From: Basidiobolus meristosporus CBS 931.73 | Taxonomy: Eukaryota; Fungi; Basidiobolomycota | Length of the DNA stretch: 37,681 bases | Direction of reading: 5' to 3' | NCBI GenBank assembly: GCA_002104905.1 | Contig: MCFE01000770.1 | Location: 1 to 37,681 of the forward strand | In this document: piece after piece, positions 20,315-31,584 of the stretch | How the letters are laid out: the number at the start of each line of letters is the position of its first letter | Position numbering within the stretch: the first letter of the stretch is position 1 | Notes under the pieces: generated by a model | Told to the model about the DNA's origin: nothing | Seen by the model: only the letters and a program-made list of their open reading frames with translations | The model's database searches: none | Position numbers and translations under genes: made by a program

Positions 20315-23300
20315 AATGCAGAAGTAGCCAAGATGATAGTCAGCCAGGAAGTAATATTGGTGTGCAAAGTGGGTCACTACCAAATGCTTCAGTAGTAATC
20401 CCCGTGAGAAAAAAACCCAGGAGAAGATGTGCAATTGCTTTGAATTGCTCACATTTATAATGATCCCAACAACCCTTTCTTTTTGCAATCCAAATTGAGC
20501 CATTGCAAATCAGTGATCATCAAGTTTTTGATATAAGTAATATCAGGGTTGTCTCACATTTGAGAGAGAACCCCTGTAAATAAACACCCTGCATATATAT
20601 ACGTCATCTGTAATACCAGTGCAGCTATTGGATCTGTTTTGCACCTACACAATTGCTTGCGTGCTAGCTATGACACCTTGTCCAATCACTAGGATCAGGG
20701 ATTTGCTTGCTCAATGGGCAAAATGGGATATTTGGTGGCAAATCAGGTAGCTTTTTCAGTAGTCAATGAGCCAATTGGGGGCTGCCAGCTTCAGGATACT
20801 TTTGGACCAATTAACCACTGAGATACCGTCCAATTGGAGTGAGGGTAACCAAAATGGTAAGTATCAGTGTAGTTTATAGTGTGATACGTATTTATTTCCA
20901 TTTACATCAAAGAAAAATATCCAAATACCGGATTTTACCTGCCATAATAGCGGTATCCAATTGTGCACATGATGCAAACATTACAAGTTGGTGCAATCAT
21001 CTGTGCCAACCTCATTGTGTCAGATTGTGCCATAGTGTGCAAGATTGTCCCACATAGTGTGAAATTGTCCAAGAACAATCTTGCCTTCTGGTAGATATAA
21101 TATTGCGCCCAATTGTTCTTTACAACCACGGATTGCACTGCGCACCCTGGCACGGTACAATGTAACAAGTCTAATATGCAGTGACAATTTTATGAGTGTA
21201 CCTCAGAACTCTTCATCCACTTCTGTAAAATTCATGGCATAATGCAAGGAACTACTGTACCATACTCCCCACAGCAAAAAGAAGTAGCAGACTGTGTAAT
21301 CAGAGTAGTAACTGAGTTTTCCTAGATTGGACATCTTGAGCTATTTAGATAGACTGAATTTAGTTGCTTCCAATGTTTCTAGGTTGTTGGCAGCTATAAT
21401 AAGATCATCCACATTTAGAGCTGATAGAGCTGAATTTGCATGTTCTAGCTTTTAGTATATACTATTGTATGCATTACTCCTCTTGAAACTCAAAGATTCT
21501 AAATAAGAATATATATTGCAATTCCAGACTTTATGTGATTGTTTGAGTTCATACATGGCTTTTTTTGGCTTGCAGACCAAATGGGGGTTATCTTGGTCAG
21601 CAAACTCACTAGACTGGTCCTTATACACATCCTCATCAAGTTCTCCATTCAAAAAAAGAGTTTTATCTCCATTTGATAAATTAAAGGCTATATTTGGCTG
21701 TAATAGCCAATTTTAATACAATGAAGTTGGACTTGGCTACTGGTGCAAAGGTCTCAATATAGTCAGGTCCCTTTGTTTGAGAGTATCCTTTGGCCACAAG
21801 TCTTGCTTGGCATCTTTCAACTGTATTATCAGCCTTGTAGTTTGTCACAAAGACCCCTGTGCATCCTATTGATCTTTGGTTGATTGGTACCTTGGCTAAG
21901 TCCCAAGTCTGATTTTCCATTACGGCCCAATATTTCTTAGCCATTGCAGATCTCCAAAACTCTGCCTGAGGGCAATGCAGGGCTGGCTTTACAGTCTGGT
22001 GCTCATCTACATGGACTGAATAGGCATAAGCTAAGCTTGTATCTTTAGTGATGTAGTAATTTGGGCTATGTATTGTTGGGTTGGATCTCCATACATTGGA
22101 TACTGAAACAATCACTACTAGAATATTCCTGGGCAGTAATTCAGGCTGAACCATTGCTGTATAGTCCTCTGGAGTGAAAAAGCTCCATAGCTTTGCACTG
22201 ATTCAATCCTGAGAATTGGCCAACTTGAGATCAGATATTTTGTCATCATCTGATGTCTTTTTGTGAACCTTCTGCATTTTCATCCAACAACACATACCTG
22301 GGCTTGAGTAGCTTCTTTGCTTTGGTATTGTAGAGCTTTTACGCTTTACTCTCTGTGCAGCAGCCCAACTATATGCATTTTTAACTTCTTGGCTCGAATT
22401 TTGACTGATTTCTGGTCACTTTCTTTGCATATGCTGTGCACCCAAATATTTTTAGATGTTCCACACCTAGTCTGAATCAATACCATGCTCCAAGTGGAGT
22501 AGAATCACAAGGTATTCTATTATAACTTCTGTTTTTAAGGTGTACAGCTGTGGCCACTGATCCTGCCCAAAAGCTCTAGAATCATGTTGATCACAGATCA
22601 TAGATCATTCCATATCAATTATTGATCTATTTGCATGATCTGCTACTTCATTTTGCTATGGGGAGTATGGTACAGTAGTCCATTGCATTATGCCATGAAT
22701 TTTACAGAAGTGGATGAAGAGTTTTGAGGTACATTTTTACCATTGTCAGAGAATATTTTCTTGATATTTCAGCAGTTTCCCTCTCCATCATGACTTAAGC
22801 TCCTGGAAGTTTGACAGAGCTTATATCTTTCTCTCCATGAAGTAGATCTGCATGTACCTTTCATAATCATTAGCAAAAGTGATTTAATACTTCATCCCAT
22901 CTGTGAATATTTTTTGCGTATCTCCATACAGATCTGGGTGAGTTAGATCTAACTTTTTCTTAGCTTTGATTAACACAGTGCTCTTGAATGGCTGTCTGGC
23001 TTGTTTCTTCTTTATACAGGCTTCACAGTGGTCCAAATTAGCTGGGGGATCAATTTTTACTCTGGAAATATACTGATTTTTGATCATTTTGTGCAAATAA
23101 GCAAGATTGATGTGTCCCAATCTCCTGTTCCAAAGCATTGATGTTTCTACATTCAAGTTACTATATTGACCTTCATATATGAAGGAACATAAGTTAAATT
23201 ATACAGATTCTGATCTCTAATAAACAAATCAATATGAGCGGCATTTTGATCAGTGATCCAGCATGCAGAATTGTCAAAGCTGAAACTGAGTCCTGCTTCT

Positions 23301-24197
23301 CTGGCCATGTTGACAGGCAGCAGGTTCTTTGCTATTTCTGGTACACAGAGTACTTCTTCAAAGGTCAGTAAATGGCTCTCTTTACTACTTCTAAGGTTTG
23401 CTTGGAAAGGTCCTTCTCCCACTGCATCCAGTGTTCAATTGTCACTTATGGAATCTGGATAATTGAATTTCCTAATACTTAGTAAAATAATCCTTTTGGT
23501 GTGTAAAGTGTCAGTGCTCCAGAGCCAATATACCACACTTGAGAATTCTTGTTTGTGGTCATATTTAGTGCAGATATGAATAGTTTATCTTCATTTGTTG
23601 CAGCATATCCATATTCAGGCTTTTTCAGCTGACTGTATCTCTTTTTCAAGCACCAGTCTGATGTGTGTCCTTTCCTTTTGAAGTAGTTGCAAAACAGGTT
23701 TCTATTGCCCCTAAAAGGTCTTGCGTATCTCCTTTGTTGGCTATAATGTTATTGCAGCATTTCCTTTACCCTTCTTATTAGTGCTTGATTTTCTTAATTC
23801 TTCATTCAGGAGCCTTCCACATGCATAATTTAAGGATAAATCTTCAGTTCTGGACTCTAGAGCTAATCCAAGGCCCTGAAACGTGTCTGTCAGGTTATTC
23901 AGGATAGTCACTATCACATCCTCATCAGTAGTTGCTACTCCTTGAAATTCCATCCCATCCACCTGCAGGTTAATATTGTTAATTAAATTTCCATATCTTC
24001 TCCTGGTAGCATATTTGTAGTAAATATTTTTTGTCCAAGATACATTTTCAAGGCAGTTAAACATGACTGGCAGATGTCTTCTACTACCTTCCAGGCATTC
24101 TTTGCAGTTTTTGCACTTGAGCATTGGATTAGCAAATGGTCTTTGACATTACAGCAAATGCATTTAGAGGCACTCTGTTTTTTCTTCTGGTCCTTTG

Positions 24198-24545
24198 TGT
24201 TGTAAGAGTCTTGGAGATTTTGGAAGTGATTTGGAGGACAAGTAGATTATGTGGTTTTCACTTATTGATTTATTGAATGTAAAAGTAGTGTTTATACTTT
24301 TACTTGGTCTTGGCATTACAAACACATCAAATTGGCTTAGACAGGTCCTAAGAACATGTGTGCAAAGTTTGGAGCTATTTTGACAACTTTGATAATTTTC
24401 ATGTTCTGGGTACCTGGTATTTTGGTGAAATATCCTAAGTAAATCTCAACAAAGAATTTGGTCAGTATCCTTAAGGATTCAAAGGTAATGATCTAAGTGA
24501 CTAAGTTAGGGGAATATTTTGGTGGAATTACAAATTTTTACAACA
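24198..24545 (-). repeat. Solo copia A LTR inserted in A3 gag
   Basis: 348 bp with no PBS or PPT. 5-bp TSD CTTTG/CTTTA (24193-24197, 24546-24550). Gag is contiguous across it. Confidence 0.9.
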
Positions 24546-24747
24546 CTTTAAGGCTTTCTCTCCCATGCCTTTAGGTGGGCAATCTTCTCCCAAGAAAATA
24601 TCCCAAATGCCTCTTTCTTGTAGCAGCATTGTCACCTTCCCCTTCCAGACTTGGTAATTAGATCCATCCAACTTTTCAGCAGACGGAAGTGTTCCAGTAA
24701 TAGCAGCAGCAGTTATTGAAGAGAGTGAAAGCTTGGGGCTCATAATC

Positions 24748-25507
24748 TGTTGTCAGAGTCTTGGAGATATTGGAAGTGATTGGGAGAGCTGGTAGACTAT
24801 GAGGTTTTCACTTAATGATATATTGAATGTAAAAGTAGTATTTATACTTCTACATGGTCTTGGCATAATAAACACATCAAATTGACTTAGACAGGTCCTA
24901 AGAACATGTGTGCAAAGTTTGAGGCTGTTTGGACAATTTTGAGAATTTTTGTGTTCTAGGTACCCAACATTTGTTAAAAATATGTTATGATCTGCCACTT
25001 TGTTGTTAAAGTTAGATCAGTTCTCAGTCAAATCAAGCAGTTATATGTTTAGATTATTATTATATCAGTATTATATATCAAATCAGTTGCATTAGTCAGC
25101 AAATGAATCAGCAGATCCTTATCAGACAGAAATAGATATATCTGGTAGGATCTTATTGGGTGATGATGATGCATTCAAATGAGTCATCAGCCACAGCCTA
25201 CATTAGGAAATACAATTAGTCAGCAATTGATCTGGCAAGATGTATGTAAGGTGCTGCTGGAATCTCAATAAACATCAGTTCATGTTTTAGTGAATACAAT
25301 ACTAGCTAAACTTCCTATTACTCTACAACTCTTATACCAAGACTTGTAACAAATATTCCAAGTAAATCCCAGGTACCTGATATTTTGGTATAATATTACA
25401 AGTAAATCCCAACAAGGATTTTGGTCAGTATTCTCCAGGATTTGGTGGTAATGATCTAATGACCAAGTTGGGTGAATACTTAGGTGGAATAATCAATTTT
25501 TACAGCA
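24748..25507 (-). repeat. Copia A3 5' LTR (interrupted by a solo C LTR)
   Basis: Ends TGCTGTAAAAAT and CTGACAACA on the minus strand. Contains the insertion at 24983-25351. Confidence 0.85.
24983..25351 (+). repeat. Solo Ty3 family C LTR
   Basis: TGTTATGATCTGCC...GACTTGTAACA, 369 bp, homologous to 35189-35556. 4-bp TSD AATA (24979-24982, 25352-25355). Confidence 0.92.
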
Positions 25508-25570
25508 ATAATTAGGACTAGTCAGTATGAAAATTTAATTGAGTGGGAGTGTTGTAAGAATTTATAATTT
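25508..25570 (+). repeat. Copia A 3' remnant: RNase H end, PPT GAGTGGGAG (25541-25549) and first ~20 bp of the 3' LTR
   Basis: Matches the reverse complement of ~6230-6290. Confidence 0.75.
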
Positions 25571-26259
25571 AGCACAATGAGGCTGGCATGGATGATTGTA
25601 CCAACTTGTAATGTTTGTACAACATGTGCAATTGGATACCACCATTGTGGTAGGTAAAATCAGGTATTTGGATAGGTTTCTTTAGTGTAAATGTATATAA
25701 ATGAGTAATATATTTACCATTTTGGTTACAATCCCTCCAATTGGATAGTAAGTCAATAGTTGATTATTGTAAAGTTATTCTGAAACTGTTAGCCTCCCAT
25801 TAGCCCATTAAGCAATACATAAGCTACCTGATTTGCCATCAAATATCCCATTTTGCACATTGAGCAAGCAGATCCCTGATCTTATTGATTGGGCAAGGTG
25901 TCAATGCAAGCATGCAACCAATTGTGTAGATAAAAGTCAGATCAAACAGCTGCAATAGTTTTACAGATGATGTATATATATGCAGGATGCTTATTACAGG
26001 GGCCCTGTGTTGGTTGTGAGACAACCTTAATATTACATATACCAAAAATTCATTGATTCCTAATATGCAATGGCTCAATGTGGAATGCAAAATAATGCAT
26101 TGTTGGGATCATGACAAATGGTAACAATGCAATGCAATTGCATCATCTTCTCCTATGTTTTTATCTCACAGGAATCACTACCAGAGCATTTGGTAGTGAT
26201 TCACATTTCACACCCAAACTACTTCCTTGCTGACTATCATCATTGCCACTTGTATACTT

Positions 26260-27760
26260 GGAGTCAGTATTTTGCCTCCCAGTCAAGGATTGCAGTGCTG
26301 AAGCTTGGCTATGCTGATTGCTCCAGATGATACATCAGAGCCAGCCTGAAGTGCCACATGCTGACATGTACTTTACCTTGCCAAAGGCTCCAGTGGTGGC
26401 AGTGTTACAAGTCTTGGTATACAAGTTGTAGAGGAATAGGGAGTTTAGCTAGTATTGTATTCACTAAAACTTGAACTGTTATTCATTGAGATTCCAGCAG
26501 CTCCTTATACACATTTTGCCAGATCAAGTGCTGACTAATTATATCTCCTAATGTAGATTATGGCTGATGACTCTTCTCATTGCATCATCATCACTCAATA
26601 AGATCTTACTTAATATATTTATTCCTGTCTAATAAGGATTTGCGTATTTATTTGCTGATCAATGCTACTGATCTGAAAGATAACACTGATATACTGATAG
26701 GCTAAACATATAACCAGTTGATTTGACTAAAAACTGATCAAACTTAAACATTGAAGTAGCAGATCATAACAGAGGCACTTCATGTGGTCATTGTCAGTCA
26801 GCTCACCATAAGTGACTTGCTGATGGTCTGGTGTAATGGCATACTCAGGCACAACTATAGGTGCTGGCTTTGCCCTTAGCTGCATTTGATATGATGTAAC
26901 ATGTTCATGTAACTTGGCCTGCTCCAATGGACTCTTGGCTAAATGAGTAGCTTTGCAAGCTCTGGTAGTTTTGCTCTGATGCATGTGAATTGATCTAATG
27001 TGTGTAGACACAATAAGGGGCACTCTTATAAGGGGTGTTTGTGTAGATTGGACTGATGTGGGCCAGTGCACTGGTGTTGCAGGGGAAGGCAAGGAGTCAA
27101 GCAAGGTGTGCTGGAGCAATCGGGTGCAGTTGCTTGCAGTCAATATTCTTCCTTGTGAAGCTCGCCTTCTGATTCCCCATGGTATTGACTCACACTCTGT
27201 CTGATACTTTGGAACTGTTGCCTTAATGAGCCCTGTAAATATTGCTCTTGAAAGCCACTTAGCTCTACTCATATATCACATAGTTTATTAGTCACTTGAG
27301 GTAAAAGCTCATTCAAGATCTCTTTAGTTCCCAAAGTTGAGGCACAAACAGATGCATCCAGCCTGTACTGTGCAAGTTGCAAGCAGAATTGCTTGCACAT
27401 GGCTTCCTCATCAAATATCTTCTCTCCCAGCTCTTTCTTGATTTCTTTACTTATAGTGTTATATAGCTTCTTGCATATATCTGCTGACATCTTGATGTAG
27501 AACTCAGGCCACAGCTTTCTACCCAGATTTTTCCATCTCTGTCAACTCTTTGAGGTATCCAGTTCTATTAGATTAGTGAGTAGTGCCCAAATGTCTTCAT
27601 GAAGCCTCATCATAGCATCTTGTTCCATGCTAGAGTCATTTGGCAAGAATTCAAATGGATCTGACATTGACTTTATTGGCCCAGACTGCACTTGCAAGCT
27701 GAGGGATGGGTTTTGTGTTGGTTGTACTAAAGATGAGTTGAGACTTGGTATTGGAATCAA
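26260..27760 (-). pseudogene. PHIS ORF2, copy 2 (interrupted by a solo C LTR)
   Basis: IPIPSLNSSLVQP and LDASVCASTLGTKEILNE parallel the copy 1 ORF2. Confidence 0.7.
26403..26771 (-). repeat. Solo Ty3 family C LTR
   Basis: Homologous to 35189-35556. Spacing against the uninterrupted copy 1 implies a 4-bp duplication, now degenerate (GCAG/GAGG). Confidence 0.88.
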
Positions 27761-28129
27761 AGTGACAATTGAATACTAATACAGTAGTATCTTGGCATCA
27801 ACCTGGCCTTACATAAAATGTATATGAAAATAATGTGATTGTTGAACTTTCCATACATTATGCATGATGCATCTTGGATTGCATTGACACTGATCAGATC
27901 ATATCAGTTGCAGATTTCCTATTTGATTATAGACCTGTGGGAATATCATCAATGAAATCACAAAGTCATTGTTTGAGGATAATTTTGCAAAATGATGATG
28001 GAATTCATTGCAATTGATGCAAATTTAATTATAGTGCATGGAAATTGGGTAAATTAAGCTGATTGTGCTGAATCAATTCATATCTCCTCTACTTGATTCT
28101 ATATCAGTTTTAATATAGCTTACTCTTCT

Positions 28130-28992
28130 GAGTGGCCTTCTCTCCTCTATCCCATTACTACCCCCTGATTTCATTTTGACATATTAAAGGAGATCTATAT
28201 CAAGTACCATGGACCACCTACCCCAATCTACTGAAGGAGATCCCATACTAAGCTTCTTTGCTATTACAAAAACTATTGCCCTTCAGGCTTCATCCCCCAT
28301 CCAAAGTATCAATAGTCCTAGAGCTATCATTCCCAGCTGACAGCAATGGAGAACCACCTTGCAGAGGGTATGAATGACTTAAAGCAAGCTTGCTTTACTA
28401 GGTACAGAAGCTCCAATATACTACAATATCCCAGGGTTTTCAGCAACAGGTTCCGTATCTGGAGCATTTTGGATGCCTCCCAGTCAGGTATAACAGACCT
28501 TCCAAAGGGCAGATGCAGTTTTATTGCAGCAAATTCAAGGCACACTTTGTGAAGTTTCAAGCAATCTCAGATATTGAGGGTAACTTCATCGGGTTTAGTG
28601 GGCAATTTGCTGGAAGTTAGCATCACAAAGCACTCCAGGTAGAGAATCATCCAGAACTCAGTGGAGGGGAGAAATGCATGACAGAATTAGCTTATATAGG
28701 AGAGGATTGTCAAAGATTAAGATGCATTACAGCCATAGGAAGCCAAGGAGTAGTGTGGCTAGCAGGAAGCAGAAGCTCTACTGTCAGATATTTAATCATT
28801 TCAGAGTGAAAACAGAGCATCCATATGGATATCTAAAGAGATTCAGCACATTGGCCAGCAAATACAGAGGAAAGTGCTTTATAGGAAAAACTGCAGAATA
28901 GGTAAAATAGCTAAGATACTTATTACTACACTGTTGATCCATACAAGACAACCCATGAGAGAAATGCGTTGGTAGAATTACAAAGAATTAAT
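28130..28992 (+). pseudogene. PHIS transposase, copy 2, full span but frameshifted
   Basis: KLLCYYKNY (HTH-like), WSILDAS (first D at ~28472), RPSKGQMQFY, LAYIG, FNHFRVKTEHPYGYLKRF. The start is approximate. Confidence 0.82.
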
Positions 28993-29153
28993 AAGGCAAG
29001 AAATGCACTGTTCTGAGCAACATTATTAAGATTGAGTAAAGATATCAGTAACTGTATCCTATCACTGGCATTATGGTAGAAACTAGCGTGTCAGTTCAAT
29101 CCGGCACTATTAACAGGCTGGCACTATGTGGCACCTTTGAACAAAGCAAGTCT

Positions 29154-30328
29154 ATTACTTTTATTGAACTTTAATGATCACTGGCTTGCAATGGCTTGAG
29201 TTACAATACAAAAAATGGATTGTTTGAGTCATGACAAGTGATAATAATCCAACACAATTGCATCAACCTCCCCTAGGTCATTTTCTTGCAGAGATTACTG
29301 CTCAAGTGTTTGGTAGTTTTTCACTTTGCACATCTGAGCTACTTTCTTGTTGACTATCATCTTGGCTGCTTGTGTACTTGAGGTCAGTATTTTACCACCT
29401 AGTTGATGAGTGCAGTGCCAGAGTTTGGCTGAGCTGAAATGCTCTAGATATTGTTACAGAACCAGCCTGAGGTGCCATGTGCTTATGTGTACTCTTACTT
29501 GCCTAATTATAGACATTTTGGCCGTATTGAAATCATTTGCCAAGAACTCAAACAGCTCCAACATTGCCTTTTTGGGTTCCAGACTGCACTAGTGAGCTGG
29601 GGGATGGACTCTGTCAGGGTTATACTAAAGATGAGTTGAGACTTGGTACAGGGACCATAGCAACAGATTTGGATACCTACACTGTTGTATACTGGCTTCA
29701 ACCAGGTCTTATATGAAATTTTCATTAATACCAATGTGACTGTTAAATTTTTCATATATCATGCATGATGCCTCTTGGATGGCATTGATAGAGGTCAGAC
29801 CATATCAGTTGCAGATTTCCTATTTGATTATAGACTTGTGAGTAAATCATCAATGAAATCAGCAAGTCATTGTTTGCAGATGATTTTTGCAATATAATGA
29901 AGGGTTACATGGCAATTAATGGGGATTTAGTTATAATGCAAAGAAAATCAGATAAAATAAACTGATTGTACCTAATCAATTCTAAACACATCTACCCAAG
30001 TACCTATCAATTCTAGTATTACTTACTTATTAGAATGGTATTTTCTCATCAATACCATCACTACCTCCGGAATCCCTATTGACTTATCAGAGGAGATCTA
30101 TACCAAGTAATATGGACCATCTACCGCAGTCCACTCAAGGAGATCACATGTTAAGCTTCTCTGCTATTACAGAAACTATTGCCCTACAGGTTTCATCTTA
30201 CCATCCAGGGCAACAAAAGTCCTAGAAGCTTTCATTCCCAGCTACAGCAATGGAGAACTACATTGCAGAGGGTAAGACTGTTTCAGAGTAAGCTTGAAAA
30301 ACTAGTTTCAGAAGCTCCAATGCACTTC
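29154..30328. mobile_element. PHIS DNA transposon copy 3 (ORF2 internally deleted, transposase cut by a C LTR)
   Basis: 29154-29500 matches the ORF2 3' region, 29500-29700 the ORF2 5' end, and 29700-30328 the intergenic region plus transposase N-terminus (GIPIDLSEEIY, KLLCYYRNY). Confidence 0.8.
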
Positions 30329-30648
30329 TGTTGTGATCTATTGCTTGAATGTTTAAATTAGATCAGTTTTTAGTCAAATCAATTAGTTATATGTTTAGCC
30401 TATCAGAATATCATTATTGACTATCAATTCAGTAGAATAGTCAGCCAATAAATCAGCAGATCCTTGTCAGACAGGAAAAGATTTATCAAGTAGGATCTCA
30501 TTGGGTGATGATGACGCAAGCAAATGAGTCATCAGCCACAACTTACATTAGGAAGTACAATTAGTCAGCAATTGATCTGGCAAAATGCATATAAGGAGCT
30601 GCTGGAACCTCAATAAAAATCAGTTCAAGTTTTAGTGAATACAATACT
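30329..30648 (+). repeat. Ty3 family C LTR, interrupted by copia B0
   Basis: TGTTGTGATCTATTGCTTGAATG...GAATACAATACT. Lacks the last ~48 bp of the C LTR. Confidence 0.88.
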
Positions 30649-31584
30649 TGTTGAAATATTGGACTATTTGGTATCATTCAGCAGCTAAAAATTTACTTAA
30701 CAATTCTAGGCTAGTCTTAGTCACTGTAGGACTCATTTACTGCCCTAACTTCGCCACTTTCTCCAGATATATGATCTTATGATTATTCCCCTATAGTCAG
30801 GATCAAACTAGCACTATTACCAAACATTATGTACTAACCCTGAAACAGTTACAGAATGCTCCTGAATATTGAGAAACCCTCCCTACTTAGTGTTGCAGCT
30901 GTATTACTTCTACAAAGGTATAAATACTGAGCTTCTTTATGAATAAACAACAGTTCAACTATTATCACTATTTCTTGATAAGTTCCTTATATCCAAATCA
31001 CTTCTTAAATTGCAACAGGTTATGAGCCCCGATTGCCTTAATCTATTCTAAAGATGACTTCTACCAGCAAACAAAGCAATACCAACATCTTCCCTGTAAA
31101 GGAGAGGTTTGATGGGAAGAACTACAGACTTTGGAGAATCAAGATGCAGATCCACCTTGAGGAAAGAAAGCTTTGGAACATAGTAACAGGAAAGGAAGTT
31201 GAGCCCAAAGGAACAGCAGAAGATGTGGAGAAGTTTCAAGAGAAGGAGAGAAAGGCCTTCAATGCAATATGCATCAATGTGCAAGACTCCTTCATTGGAC
31301 AAATCCATGCCTCAAGTACTGCCAAAGCAGCATGGGAATCCTTAGAGAAGATCTTTAGAGCAAAGTCAGTATCAAGCAAGCTTTATTTGAAACAAAAGTT
31401 CTTCAACATGAGAAAAAAGCCAGATGATGACATGCTACAACTCATTACCAGAATGGAGACACTTGCAGAAGAACTTTACAGTATTAATGCTGGTGTAGAT
31501 GATGAAGAAAAGATACTCTGTCTGCTTTGCAGCCTACCAGACGAGTATGAGCCACTCATACTTTCTTTTGAAAGCAGAGAAGAC
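30649..31584 (+). mobile_element. Ty1/copia B0: LTR (30649-31017), PBS GGTTATGAGCCC (31018-31029), gag fragment (31054-31584)
   Basis: About 15 differences from 31585-32520 over 936 bp. Gag ends at LSFESRED where the next LTR starts. Confidence 0.92.

Larger units (their letters stand above)
18293..21172. mobile_element. PHIS-superfamily DNA transposon copy 1 (both termini intact, internal deletion)
   Basis: Termini AGACTTGTT...AACAAGTCT with an imperfect ~25-bp TIR. AAT TSD at 18290-18292 and 21173-21175. Divergent transposase and ORF2. Confidence 0.88.
18248..21300 (+). pseudogene. Copia A4 integrase fragment split by PHIS copy 1 (18248-18292 and 21173-21300)
   Basis: The joined flanks GAGAAACTGCTGAAAATCCAGAA-AAT-ATGCAGTGACAAT match A1 GAGAAACTGGTGAAAAAATCAAGAA-AAT-ATGCTCTGACAGT. 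Confidence 0.8.
21300..25507 (-). mobile_element. Ty1/copia copy A3, degenerate and 3'-truncated in RT
   Basis: 5' LTR 24748-25507, PBS GATTATGAGCCC (24736-24747), and gag, LWNRRLGHIN, integrase and RT fragments (ORFs 21681..24743). Confidence 0.88.
25571..29153. mobile_element. PHIS DNA transposon copy 2 (inverted relative to copy 1; left ~150 bp lost)
   Basis: Reverse-complement homology to 18293-21020. Right terminus GCAAGTCT followed by ATT. Confidence 0.85.

Noticed and set aside
21173-21300. Fold-back inversion of the A3 integrase
   Set aside because: The fragment continues on the other side of PHIS copy 1 (18248-18292), so it is better explained as a separate + strand host copy (A4). 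Some conversion with A3 cannot be excluded.
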